Origin: an uncultured Candidatus Binatia bacterium
GTDB lineage: Bacteria > Desulfobacterota > Binatia > UBA9968 > JAJDTQ01
NCBI GenBank assembly: GCA_965215605.1
Contig: OZ244070.1
Coordinates: forward strand, 1,120,001-1,184,000
Length of the DNA: 64,000 nucleotides
Direction: 5' to 3'
Part shown: in pieces, positions 26,532 through 35,936 of the stretch
Layout of the letters: each line of letters opens with the position of its first letter
Position numbering within the stretch: position 1 is the stretch's first letter
Translations under genes and position numbers: made by a program
The notes under the pieces: model-generated
The model's input: only the letters and a program-made list of their open reading frames with translations
Database searches by the model: none
What the model was told of the DNA's origin: nothing

Positions 26532-29261
26532 TTAACCCTGTTTGTCGGCTTCCTCAACACCCGTCTGCCCGGATTCCATCGCCTTTCCGCTTTCGGCCTT
26601 GGCCGTGGCGGGCGGCTTCAAACCGAGCGTCATGATGTAGTCGGTCAGCGCCTCGATCTGTTTCTTTTCGTCGCCGCCGAGGATGTCCTCGGGGCCGCCC
26701 GGATAGAAGGACGGCATCCTGGTTCCCGGCTGGAGCTTCTGCGGGTCCAGTATCCACTTCTCGATCCAGTCCGGATTCAACCGCTGGCGGGCCAGGTTCA
26801 GGTCCGGCGCCCAGTCTTCCACCGGCCCCTCGGGCTTTTTGTCGCCCTGCACGTGGCAGCTCCCGCATTCGAAGTAGTCGTCGGAGAACAACGTCGCGCC
26901 GGCCTTCAGATAACCCGCCGGCACCTGCTTTTCATCGACGTGGACGTAGGGGATCTCCACCTCGGAAAGCCCCACGAAATAGTTCACGAAGGTGTCCGCG
27001 TGGGGCCCATCGAAGCCGAAGGTGGGCATGCGGACCTTGAGCCACGGCCGGATGGGAGTCTCCGGGTTCTGCAGGAAGCCGAACATCCAGTTGGCCTGGA
27101 CCTTCTCGCCCTGGCCGTTCAGCGGCGGCGGCGCCAGGGTGGGGTTCTCCTCGTAGTACTTGCGGATGTGGCCACCCTCGCCCGCGATGACGTGGCAGCC
27201 GACGCAGTTGTACTCCTGGACCATGCGACGGCCCGAGGAGATGTGTTGGGCCAGATTCGAGTGATCCGCCTTGAAGGCCACGGGCACTTTCCGCTCCACG
27301 AAACCGTGCAACAGCACCCGCAGAGCCTTGATGTCTTCCTCGGGCAGGTCGAAGTGGGGCATCAACTGCTCGACCCGCTCGGTGGCGTACACCCGCGGAT
27401 TGTGGATCTTGTTGAAGGTCCAGTCCTTCCAGGTGTGCTTGATGCGGGTGTCGTTGCCGAAGAACAGCTCCTCCAGCGGCTTGGAGCCGAAAGTCGTCAA
27501 CTCGACGCCGATCCGGGATTCCTTCTCCATCCCGGGGATGTCGTGGCAGCCGGCACAGCCGTACTTCCGCACCAGCTTCTCGCCCCTGGCGATGTTGGCG
27601 GGCTGCTCCAGGCGGGCGGCCACCTCGGGGTTGGGCTCGGGCTTCGTGCCCAGGGTCATCAGGTAGGCGGTGAGCGCCAGCGCCTCGTCTTCGGTCAACC
27701 TCAGGCTCGGCATACGGGTATCCGGGTTGTAGCCCTTGGGATTCCGCAGCCAGTTGTAGGTCCAGCGGGGGTTCGCCTTGGCGGCGATGTCCTTCAGGTT
27801 CGGCACCAGATCCTTGCCCGCGACGCGGGTTGTGAACTCACCCTCGGCCAGTCCGTGACATCCGAGGCACCCCACCGAGCGGGCCAGTTCCTTGCCCTTC
27901 TCCACCATGGCCGCGTCGCCCGGCCGGTACCCTTCGGGCATGGGCGACTGCTTGAGCCACTCGTCGGCTTCCTTCTTGGACGCCGCCCACAGGTAGGATG
28001 CCGCCGCCAGCGCTTCGTCTTCCTTGAAATAGAAGTGCGGCATGCGGGTATCGGGCCGGAACTCGCGCGGGTTCAGGATCCACTGCACCATCCAGGCGGG
28101 ATCCACCTTGGCGCGGACCTTTCTGAGGCTGGGGCCGACCTTGGGAATGTCGCCATAACCTTCCACCAGGTGGCAGCCGGTGCACCCAACCTGCTCGAAG
28201 ATCCGCTGCCCCCGTGCCACCACGTCGGCGCCCTCCAGGCCGGCGACGTTGAGATGGCAGGTAACGCAGTTGGCCTGCACGTCGTTGTCCTCGAGCAGCG
28301 GATGCTCCCAGAACTTCACGTTGCCGTGGGCCTGGGCCAGACTGTTGACCGCCTCTCCCTGTCCTTCGTGGCAAGTGGTGCAGCCGAAAAAGCGCGGCGG
28401 ATGGGCGGTATCGCTGAGAAACACCGTACGTTTCGGATGGGTGGTGAGGGGCTGCGGCAGGTCATCGAAGCCGGCCCGGTTGATGCCGATGTGACACGAC
28501 TGGCAGCGGTCCACCCGGTCCACCTGCTGGTCGAAATTGTTGCGGTCGAAGTCCTTGAGCACCACCTGCTGGATCTTGGGGATCTTGTAGAGGGTGAACT
28601 GCGGGAAGCCCTCGGGGCCGACGGTGACGGTGGCGTTGTCCATCTGCCGCTGCCACTTCCGCTTGTCGCCCTCCAGTTCGTAGAGCTGGTCGTCGATCTT
28701 CTTGACGCCGCCCTGGACTTCCCTTATCTCGGCCTTGACGTCGGCGCGTTTCTTCCGCGCCGCTTCCAGGGCCGGCTCGAGCGCGCGTTGCTGGGCGTGC
28801 AGCTCCTGGATGTGCCTGCGGTACGGACCCGCGTCCTGTCCCAACTGGACGGCGTGGTCGAACTCGTACCAGGCCTCGTCCAGCTCGCTCTTGACGAACT
28901 TGACCTCCTGGTCCGCGTCGAAGTACTCCACCTCGACCCGCTGCTGCAGCTCCCGGAGCTCGGCGAGCCGGGCGCCCTTCTCGCCCCTCTCGAGGCTCTC
29001 CACCTCGGCGGCTCGTTGCTTCACCAACTCCGCGTACTTCGGATCCGCGTTCAGCCGCTCCTGCTCCTTGGCCAACGCCGCCGCGGCGCTCTCGTAGTCG
29101 GTCTGGATGAACTCCGCCTGATGGACCTTCCACACCCGCCTGGTGATGTTGTCGTCGAACACCGCCCACAAGGACACCACCACCAACAGGATGGAGCCTA
29201 CGAAAAAGACCGTCCCGTAGGATTTCTTTTCTTCGTTGGGATCTACGCCGCGAACCGCCAT
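26532..29261 (-). CDS. Membrane-anchored octaheme cytochrome c with an N-terminal coiled coil
   Basis: 8 CxxCH motifs (CQSCH, CTTCH, CVTCH, CTGCH, CLGCH, CAGCH, CVGCH, CGSCH); repeated P...RMP units. Confidence 0.92.
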   Translation of the reverse strand: MAVRGVDPNEEKKSYGTVFFVGSILLVVVSLWAVFDDNITRRVWKVHQAEFIQTDYESAAAALAKEQERLNADPKYAELVKQRAAEVESLERGEKGARLAELRELQQRVEVEYFDADQEVKFVKSELDEAWYEFDHAVQLGQDAGPYRRHIQELHAQQRALEPALEAARKKRADVKAEIREVQGGVKKIDDQLYELEGDKRKWQRQMDNATVTVGPEGFPQFTLYKIPKIQQVVLKDFDRNNFDQQVDRVDRCQSCHIGINRAGFDDLPQPLTTHPKRTVFLSDTAHPPRFFGCTTCHEGQGEAVNSLAQAHGNVKFWEHPLLEDNDVQANCVTCHLNVAGLEGADVVARGQRIFEQVGCTGCHLVEGYGDIPKVGPSLRKVRAKVDPAWMVQWILNPREFRPDTRMPHFYFKEDEALAAASYLWAASKKEADEWLKQSPMPEGYRPGDAAMVEKGKELARSVGCLGCHGLAEGEFTTRVAGKDLVPNLKDIAAKANPRWTYNWLRNPKGYNPDTRMPSLRLTEDEALALTAYLMTLGTKPEPNPEVAARLEQPANIARGEKLVRKYGCAGCHDIPGMEKESRIGVELTTFGSKPLEELFFGNDTRIKHTWKDWTFNKIHNPRVYATERVEQLMPHFDLPEEDIKALRVLLHGFVERKVPVAFKADHSNLAQHISSGRRMVQEYNCVGCHVIAGEGGHIRKYYEENPTLAPPPLNGQGEKVQANWMFGFLQNPETPIRPWLKVRMPTFGFDGPHADTFVNYFVGLSEVEIPYVHVDEKQVPAGYLKAGATLFSDDYFECGSCHVQGDKKPEGPVEDWAPDLNLARQRLNPDWIEKWILDPQKLQPGTRMPSFYPGGPEDILGGDEKKQIEALTDYIMTLGLKPPATAKAESGKAMESGQTGVEEADKQG

Positions 29262-29307
29262 TCATGCTCCCTTACAGCACGCAGAGAATCTCTACCCTAC
29301 CGTCGCG

Positions 29308-29475
29308 TCAAGCCGCCTTGCTCTCCAACAGACGCCCGAGCGAGAACACCGCCACGCCGATGAGCGTCATGATGATCTCCTCAGCCATGGCTATGCCCTG
29401 GAAGATGCCCACGAACAACGTGAAACCCACGGCGGCAAGGCCCAAGGCCTGAACGAGCTTAGCTACATAGAACAT
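29308..29475 (-). CDS. Small two-TM protein in the cytochrome bc operon (55 aa)
   Basis: Manual translation MFYVAKLVQALGLAAVGFTLFVGIFQGIAMAEEIIMTLIGVAVFSLGRLLESKAA; TGATG coupling; below the ORF-track cutoff. Confidence 0.75.
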   Translation of the reverse strand: MFYVAKLVQALGLAAVGFTLFVGIFQGIAMAEEIIMTLIGVAVFSLGRLLESKAA

Positions 29476-30245
29476 CAGATATTAAGCCACGGGGTGACCA
29501 TGATGTACTTGATGTTGAACACCAGCCGCAGGAACATCTTGACCGGAAGCGCCATCATGGTGATGAACAGAAAGGATGTGATGGCGAAGCGGACGGCGCC
29601 CCACCGGACCATGAACTCCTTGCCCTTGATCCAGATGACCCACTTGTAGAACAGCCACGTCGAGAACACGAAGTAGAGCAGCACCAGGAAGAGTCCGAAG
29701 CCCGCCTGGACCCAGTAGTCCCGCAGCCCCACCAGGTAGGGCAGATCCACGTTGGTGAGGGCCACCACCTTGTGGGGATCCCACCGCTGCCAGGGCCAGA
29801 ACAGGTTCCAACCCGGCCCGCGGAAGAACGTCCCGATGATGATCGTGACCACCCAGAGGACGTGGAAGCCGATGAAGAAGGTCAGGATCTCCCACTTGCG
29901 TTCCTTGAACGTGTAGTAGCCGTTGCCCTTGACGTTGATGTCGATGAAGGGGATCACCATGAGGCCGATGATGATGAAGGTCGGCAGCACCACCCCGGCG
30001 TACCACGGATCGAAGTAGACCAGCATCTCCTGCAACCCGAGGAAATACCACGGCGCCTTGGATGGGTTGGGGGTGCGGGCCGGGTTGGCGGGCTCCTCCA
30101 GTGGCGCGTCCACCAGCAGCGACCACAGCGTCATGGCCACCATCACGAAGATGGTCACCAGGAACTCGCCACGCACCAGATGCGGCCACGTGTGAATCTT
30201 GTCGTCGACGACGATCATCCGGCTTCTTTCCTCGGCCTCAGCCAT
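29475..30245 (-). CDS. Cytochrome b C-terminal subunit (subunit IV-like)
   Basis: APLEEPANPARTPNPSKAPWYFLGLQEML; multiple TM helices. Confidence 0.88.
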   Translation of the reverse strand: MAEAEERSRMIVVDDKIHTWPHLVRGEFLVTIFVMVAMTLWSLLVDAPLEEPANPARTPNPSKAPWYFLGLQEMLVYFDPWYAGVVLPTFIIIGLMVIPFIDINVKGNGYYTFKERKWEILTFFIGFHVLWVVTIIIGTFFRGPGWNLFWPWQRWDPHKVVALTNVDLPYLVGLRDYWVQAGFGLFLVLLYFVFSTWLFYKWVIWIKGKEFMVRWGAVRFAITSFLFITMMALPVKMFLRLVFNIKYIMVTPWLNI

Positions 30246-30295
30246 ACGATGGCACCCCTTCCCTTAGCGATGCAATGAAACCCGTGCCGACGCAC

Positions 30296-31066
30296 CTAGA
30301 GCGGAGGGCCGGAGAAGCCGTCCCGGCGGATGCGCCAGAAGTGCACGGCCATGAGCAGGCTGGCCACCAGCGGGATGAAGATGCAGTGGAGAATGTAGAA
30401 CCGCAGCAGCGTGTGCGGACCGATGTCGCCGCCGCCGAACAGGAAGGCTCGCGCATCGTATATCGGATTGGCGCCGACGAACTCCGCGAAGGGTCCCTCA
30501 TGCCCCAACAGGGGCGTGGCCCGGGCCATGTTGGCGCCCACGGTGACGGCCCAGATGGCGAGTTGGTCCCACGGCAGCAGGTAGCCGGTAAAGCTCAGCA
30601 GCAGGGTCAGCACCAGCAGCAACACGCCGACGATCCAGTTGAACTCCCGCGGCGGCTTGTAGGAACCGGTCAGGAACACCCGGAACATGTGCAGCCACAC
30701 GAAGATGACCATGGCATGGGCCGCCCAGCGGTGCATGTTCCGCATCAGCATGCCGAAGGGCATATCGAACTCCAGGTACTTCATGTCCGCGTAGGCATAT
30801 TGCGGCACCGGCCGGTAGTAGAACATGAGATAGATGCCGGTGACCACCGTGAGCAGGAACATGAGGAAGGTCAGCCCTCCCATGCACCAGGTGAACCGCA
30901 TACGCACGGCGTGCCTGCGGACCTTGGCGGGATGCAGGTGCATCCACACGTTGCCCGTGACCATCAGCACGCGGTTGCGCGGCGTGTCTTCGTAGCCGTG
31001 ACGGAAGATCGACTTCCAGACCTGACTCTCGACGATATCCTTCTTGATCTGTTCCAGGTTGATCAT
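30296..31066 (-). CDS. Cytochrome b N-terminal subunit (b6-like)
   Basis: WCMGG, RNMHRWAAH..HMFRVF, FTGYLLPWDQ, RFYILH...VHFW. Confidence 0.93.
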   Translation of the reverse strand: MINLEQIKKDIVESQVWKSIFRHGYEDTPRNRVLMVTGNVWMHLHPAKVRRHAVRMRFTWCMGGLTFLMFLLTVVTGIYLMFYYRPVPQYAYADMKYLEFDMPFGMLMRNMHRWAAHAMVIFVWLHMFRVFLTGSYKPPREFNWIVGVLLLVLTLLLSFTGYLLPWDQLAIWAVTVGANMARATPLLGHEGPFAEFVGANPIYDARAFLFGGGDIGPHTLLRFYILHCIFIPLVASLLMAVHFWRIRRDGFSGPPL

Positions 31067-31074
31067 GATCCGTC

Positions 31075-31599
31075 TCAAACCTTCAGGATGCTGTTGGGAT
31101 GCTGCTCGTCCGGTTCTCCACCCGGCGCCATGCGGAACTTCCTGGCCTTGTCCACCACGAGTTGGCCGTCTTCCGCCACGGCAATCTCGAAGCGGTCCAG
31201 CGGCCGCGGCGCCGGCCCCTCGAAGTTCAGCCCCGACTTGAAGAAGCCGCTGCCGTGGCAGGGGCACTTGAACTTGCTCTCGGCGGAGAGCCAGCGGGGC
31301 GTGCACCCGAGGTGGGTGCACTCGGAGGAGACCGCGTAGAAACCCGCCTCCTCGCGCACGATCCAAACGCGGAAGTCCTTCTTGAACTTCTCACTCACCT
31401 CGCCGATGGCGTAGTCGGACGGAAGGCCGGCCTTGAACGTGGAAGGCGGCTTGAAGAGCACCCGCGGAAATGCCGACCGCATGAAGCCAAATAGGGAGAC
31501 CACGGAGAACACCCCGAACCCCAGCCAGCCAAGGCGGCCGAAGAAGTCCCGGCGGCTCCAGATGCCTCGCTTTATTTCCCGTTTCTCGTTGGTAGCCAT
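31075..31599 (-). CDS. Rieske iron-sulfur subunit of the bc complex
   Basis: SRRDFF TAT-type anchor; CTHLGC, CPCHGS, GPAPRPL. Confidence 0.95.
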   Translation of the reverse strand: MATNEKREIKRGIWSRRDFFGRLGWLGFGVFSVVSLFGFMRSAFPRVLFKPPSTFKAGLPSDYAIGEVSEKFKKDFRVWIVREEAGFYAVSSECTHLGCTPRWLSAESKFKCPCHGSGFFKSGLNFEGPAPRPLDRFEIAVAEDGQLVVDKARKFRMAPGGEPDEQHPNSILKV

Positions 31600-31606
31600 A
31601 GCATCC

Positions 31607-31954
31607 CTACTTCTTGAACCAGCTTATCACCGCGCCCCAGACAATGAAGAACAGGCCGCCTGCCATCAACGCCAGACCCACCGGCCCGAACACGAATGAA
31701 AGGCCTGCCCCCAACAAGAAAAACAGCACACCGGAGCCCAATGGGTTCATCGGCGCCGGGGTGGACCCGCTCGGTGCCTGCTGTGGTTCCTCGCCCCGGA
31801 TCAACTCCTCACGCACCAACGAAAAGGCGAGTTCCTTCAAATCCTCCCGCTTATCGGGCTCGACGGAACGGATCAACCGGCCGATACGCTCGGCCAGCCG
31901 TTCGACTTCCGCTTCCGTCGACTCAGAGTCGGATTTTGGAGATTCTGAAGCCAC
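31607..31954 (-). CDS. Hypothetical membrane protein leading the bc operon
   Basis: 115 aa with two C-terminal TM helices. Confidence 0.65.
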   Translation of the reverse strand: MASESPKSDSESTEAEVERLAERIGRLIRSVEPDKREDLKELAFSLVREELIRGEEPQQAPSGSTPAPMNPLGSGVLFFLLGAGLSFVFGPVGLALMAGGLFFIVWGAVISWFKK

Positions 31955-32042
31955 TGAGAATAAAAAATGTGATTAATATAAGCAGTTCCGGATGTCAACA
32001 GAGTAGCACAAAACCTGAGCTTCCCAAGTCACCCTCCGGCCC

Positions 32043-33206
32043 TCAATTCCCGGTGAACACCGGGTCGCCGCGACTCAACGTCTCCAACGGCACAGCCTCG
32101 ACCCGGTCGGAGAGCGGAAACCGCCGGGTGCCGGGGTACAATATCGCCACCCGCGCCAATCCGATGTCCGTCAACGCGTTTCGGATCGATGGGGTCACCC
32201 TGGGCGCGTCGGCGAACTTGCACTCGATGCCGTAGAGGGTATCGCCCCGCCGAAGGACCAAGTCGATCTCCGCCCCCTGGTGAGTCGCCCAGAAGAACGC
32301 CTCGTCGTGGGCCTCCGTCGACAACACCTGCTCGATGACGAAGCCTTCCCACGACGCGCCCATCCGCGGGTGGGTGAGCAGGGCTTTCTCGGTCGTAATG
32401 CCGAGCAACTGGTGCAGAAGACCGGAGTCGCGAACATAGATTTTCGGCGCCTTCACCTGACGCTTTCTGATGTTGGCAAACCAGGGCCGCAACTGGCGCA
32501 CCATCATGGCATCGGTCAGCGCATCGAGGTAACGCGCCACAACGGCGGGGCGGACCCCCAGCGCGCGCGCTGGTTCCGCGGCGTTCCAGGTCTGACCGTG
32601 GTAATGAGCCAGCATGGCCCAGAAACGCCCCATGGCGACAGCCGGCGCGCTGACGCCCCACTGGGGAAAGTCCCTCTCCAGAAGAGTCTGGATGTACTCG
32701 CGGCGCCATGCCACGCTGTCCTCCTCACCCTCGGCGAGAAAGGACCGGGGCAACCCGCCGCGACGCCACAGTCTAGCGAGAGCGTCACTTGAATGGTGCG
32801 CCGCCTCATTCGCCATGAAGCCGCCGAGGAGCACCCGCTCCGTGCGGCCGGCAAGGCTTTCGGACGTCTGGCGAAGCAGCCCTCCGGATGCGCTCCCCAG
32901 AACCAGATATCTGGCCGGCGATGGAGTCCGATCCACCAACACACGCAATGCGGGAAACAACTCCGGCCTGAGTTGCACCTCGTCGATGACGACCAAGCCG
33001 CGCAACGGTTCCAGGGCCGTCATGGGCTCGTCGAGCCGGCCTAGGCTGGCCGGAGACTCCAGGTCGAAGTAATTGACTGAATCGGGATCGAGGAACTGAC
33101 GCGCCAGCGTCGTCTTCCCACACTGGCGAGGACCCGCCAGCACCACGACGGATGCGCGCCCCAGTGCAGTACGGATCGCCTCGAAAGACCTACGGCGAAT
33201 CAACAT
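32043..33206 (-). CDS. AAA+ ATPase (AAA_14) with DUF4143 / PD-(D/E)xK-like C-terminus
   Basis: GPRQCGKTT, VIDEVQ, KAPKIYVRDSGL, EIDLVL...IECK. Confidence 0.9.
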   Translation of the reverse strand: MLIRRRSFEAIRTALGRASVVVLAGPRQCGKTTLARQFLDPDSVNYFDLESPASLGRLDEPMTALEPLRGLVVIDEVQLRPELFPALRVLVDRTPSPARYLVLGSASGGLLRQTSESLAGRTERVLLGGFMANEAAHHSSDALARLWRRGGLPRSFLAEGEEDSVAWRREYIQTLLERDFPQWGVSAPAVAMGRFWAMLAHYHGQTWNAAEPARALGVRPAVVARYLDALTDAMMVRQLRPWFANIRKRQVKAPKIYVRDSGLLHQLLGITTEKALLTHPRMGASWEGFVIEQVLSTEAHDEAFFWATHQGAEIDLVLRRGDTLYGIECKFADAPRVTPSIRNALTDIGLARVAILYPGTRRFPLSDRVEAVPLETLSRGDPVFTGN

Positions 33207-33265
33207 GATACCAAGCTACCATGAAAACGGTGCATAATATATATGATTTTCATGGCATCATGGCT

Positions 33266-33288
33266 GTAGGCGGGCTTCACACCCGCTC
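33266..33288. repeat. GTAG-type REP-like palindrome (family B) overlapping the dapB stop
   Basis: GTAG-GCGGG-CTTCACA-CCCGC. Confidence 0.5.
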
Positions 33289-34095
33289 GTATGCAAGGCC
33301 CAGCACGTCCTGCATGCCGTAAAGGCCGTTTTCCTTTCCCGCCACCCAATGGGCCGCCCGGATGGCGCCGCGCCCGAAAGCTTCGCGGCTGTGGGCACGG
33401 TGGACCAGCTCGATGCGCTCGCCGATGCCGCCGAACATCACGGTGTGCTCGCCCGCGATGTCCCCGGCGCGGACGGAAAGGAGGCCGATGTCGGTCTTCT
33501 TTCGCTCGCCGAAACCGCTACGGCCCTCCACGCCCACCCGTTCCAGCTTGCGCCCCAAGGCGTCGCCGGCGGCCCGGGCCAGCGCCAGCGCGGTGCCGCT
33601 GGGCGCGTCCTTCTTGAACCGGTGGTGCGCCTCCACGATCTCCACGTCATAGGCGTCGCCCAGGCTGCGCGCCATCTGGCCCACCAAGCCCAGCAGCAGG
33701 TTGACCCCAAGGCTCATGTTGGGAGCGAGAACGGTCGGGGTCCTGGCTGCCAGGGTGCGTATCTGCCTGAGTTGCCTGGTGTTGAATCCCGTGGTGCCGA
33801 TGACGATGGGGGTGGCCGTCTTGGCCGCGGCCTTCATGTGGGCGACGGAAGCCTCGGGCGTGGTCATGTCGACGATGACGCGCCCTTCTCCCGCCGACGG
33901 CTCGATGCCGTCGCCGATCTCGACGCCCAGACGGCCGGCGCCGGCCACCTCCCCGGCGTCCTGTCCCAGCCGCCCGCTCCCGGGCCGGTCCACGGCCCCC
34001 GCGAGGGTGACGCCCGGAGTGTCCTGGATCAGGCGGACCAGCACGCCGCCCATCCTTCCTCCCGGTCCACAAACGATGAGGCCCAGGTCGCTCAT
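33277..34095 (-). CDS. dapB: 4-hydroxy-tetrahydrodipicolinate reductase
   Basis: GPGGRMG, IGTTGF, EAHHRFKKDAPSGTA. Confidence 0.96.
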   Translation of the reverse strand: MSDLGLIVCGPGGRMGGVLVRLIQDTPGVTLAGAVDRPGSGRLGQDAGEVAGAGRLGVEIGDGIEPSAGEGRVIVDMTTPEASVAHMKAAAKTATPIVIGTTGFNTRQLRQIRTLAARTPTVLAPNMSLGVNLLLGLVGQMARSLGDAYDVEIVEAHHRFKKDAPSGTALALARAAGDALGRKLERVGVEGRSGFGERKKTDIGLLSVRAGDIAGEHTVMFGGIGERIELVHRAHSREAFGRGAIRAAHWVAGKENGLYGMQDVLGLAYERV

Positions 34096-34970
34096 GCGTC
34101 AATCAAGCCGTAGTCCACCATGGCGCCCTTCAGCCGCTTCAGGTTCGGCTCGGTCATGGGAGTCAGCGGCAGGCGGATCTCCGGGCCGCACTTGCCCATT
34201 GCGGCCAAACCGGCCTTCACCGGAATTGGGTTGGTCTCGCTGAACAGGCAGCGGATCATGGGCATCAGCCCGAACTGGATCCGCCGGCCGGCGGCCCAGT
34301 CGTCCCGCAGGCAGGCTTCGGTCAGGTCGGCCATGGCACGCGGCGCCACGTTGCCGGTGGTGGTGATGACGCCCTTGCCGCCCAAGGTCATGAGCGAGTA
34401 GACCAGCGAGTCCTCGCCGGAATACACCGCCAGGGAATCGCCGCACAGCCGGATGACGTCGATGGCCTGGTCCACCGAGCCCGTGGCCTCCTTCACGCCG
34501 GCGATGTTGCCGATCTCGGCGAGCCGCGCCAGGGTCTCCGGTTCCATCCTGGAGGCCGTCCGGCCGGGGATGTTGTAGACGATCAGCGGGATGCCCACGT
34601 GCCCGGCCACCGCCCGGTAGTGGTGATAGATGCCTTCCTGGGTCGGTTTGTTGTAGTAGGGCGAGATCAGCAATGCGCCGTCGGCGCCCGATTTCTCCGC
34701 CGCGCGGGTGAGCTCCATGGCCTCCCGGGTGGAGTTGGAGCCGGTGCCGGCGATGACCGGAACCCGCTGCCTTGCCGCCTTTACCACCGCGTCGATGACG
34801 GCGTGGTGCTCGTCGTGGTCCAGCGTGGCCGACTCTCCGGTGGAGCCGCACGGCACCAGCGCGTGGGTGCCCTGCTCGATCTGGAACTCCACCAGCGCCT
34901 CCAGCGAAGCGTAGTCCACTCCGCCGTCCTTGAACGGCGTCACCATGGCGGTCATCGATCCGCTAAACAT
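34092..34970 (-). CDS. dapA: 4-hydroxy-tetrahydrodipicolinate synthase
   Basis: GSTGESATL, PYYNKPTQEG, YNIPGRT, GVKEATG, ETNPIPVK. Confidence 0.96.
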   Translation of the reverse strand: MFSGSMTAMVTPFKDGGVDYASLEALVEFQIEQGTHALVPCGSTGESATLDHDEHHAVIDAVVKAARQRVPVIAGTGSNSTREAMELTRAAEKSGADGALLISPYYNKPTQEGIYHHYRAVAGHVGIPLIVYNIPGRTASRMEPETLARLAEIGNIAGVKEATGSVDQAIDVIRLCGDSLAVYSGEDSLVYSLMTLGGKGVITTTGNVAPRAMADLTEACLRDDWAAGRRIQFGLMPMIRCLFSETNPIPVKAGLAAMGKCGPEIRLPLTPMTEPNLKRLKGAMVDYGLIDA

Positions 34971-35051
34971 GTCGTCATCCCTCGGAGGTTCAGTCCGGCG
35001 CGGCACCCTGACGGGTGAGGCCGTCGCAGGACCCTGTTGCCCTTTTACGCC

Positions 35052-35873
35052 TCAGACCCGGACGCTGCCCTGGAAAACCTCCTGCGCCGGCCCGGTCATG
35101 TAGACCCGGTCGTCGTCGGCCCATTGGATGTCCAGGTCGCCGCCGATGAGGTGTACGGTTATCTTCCTCTCGGTCCGTTCGGTCAAGGCACCGGCCACGC
35201 CCACGGCGCTGGCGCCGGTGCCGCAGGCCCAGGTCTCGCCGGCACCGCGCTCCCACACCCGCATCCGCACCTCGCCCGGACCCAGCACCTGGACGAACTC
35301 GGTGTTGACCCGGTTGGGGAAGAAGGCGTGATTCTCGAAGCGGGGCCCCAGGCGGGGCAAGTCCAGCGCGTCCACGTCGTCGACATAGAGCACGCAGTGG
35401 GGGTTGCCCATGGACACGCAGGTGACCGAATACCCGGCGCCGTCGACGGTGAGCGGATGGTTGACGATGCGGCCGTCGGCGTCCACCGGGATGTCCCGGC
35501 CTTCGAGCACGGGCGGGCCCATGTCCACCTCGACGCGGTCACCCCTGAGGCGCGGCCGGATGACGCCCGCCAGCGTGTCCACCTCGATCTCCCGCTTCCC
35601 GGTCAGGCCGTGCTCGTACACGTACATGGCGAAGCAACGGATGCCGTTGCCGCACATCTCCACTTCGCCGCCGTCGGCGTTGTAGATCTCCATCCGGAAG
35701 TCCGCGGAATCCGACGGCTTGATGGTGAGGAGCTGATCGGCGCCCACGCCGAAACGGCGGTGGCACAGGTTCCTGGCGATGTCGGCCAGACCCGCGGGCT
35801 GCGCCTCCATGCAGTCCAGCACCACGAAATCGTTGCCGCAGCCGTGCATCTTGGTAAAAGTGATCTCGCTCAT
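35052..35873 (-). CDS. dapF: Diaminopimelate epimerase
   Basis: KMHGCGNDF, EMCGNGIRC, SMGNPH, ERGAGETWACGTG. Confidence 0.96.
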   Translation of the reverse strand: MSEITFTKMHGCGNDFVVLDCMEAQPAGLADIARNLCHRRFGVGADQLLTIKPSDSADFRMEIYNADGGEVEMCGNGIRCFAMYVYEHGLTGKREIEVDTLAGVIRPRLRGDRVEVDMGPPVLEGRDIPVDADGRIVNHPLTVDGAGYSVTCVSMGNPHCVLYVDDVDALDLPRLGPRFENHAFFPNRVNTEFVQVLGPGEVRMRVWERGAGETWACGTGASAVGVAGALTERTERKITVHLIGGDLDIQWADDDRVYMTGPAQEVFQGSVRV

Positions 35874-35936
35874 GGGCTCCTCCGCGCCCGTGTCGTGTTG
35901 CGGGCCGTTCGCCGACCGCACTCCCCTTGAGGCAGG

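Noticed and set aside
26853-29363. Long antisense ORFs (836 aa here; also 43905..45587, 51523..53610, 55374..57890)
   Set aside because: Typical stop-poor shadow frames of high-GC3 genes on the opposite strand.
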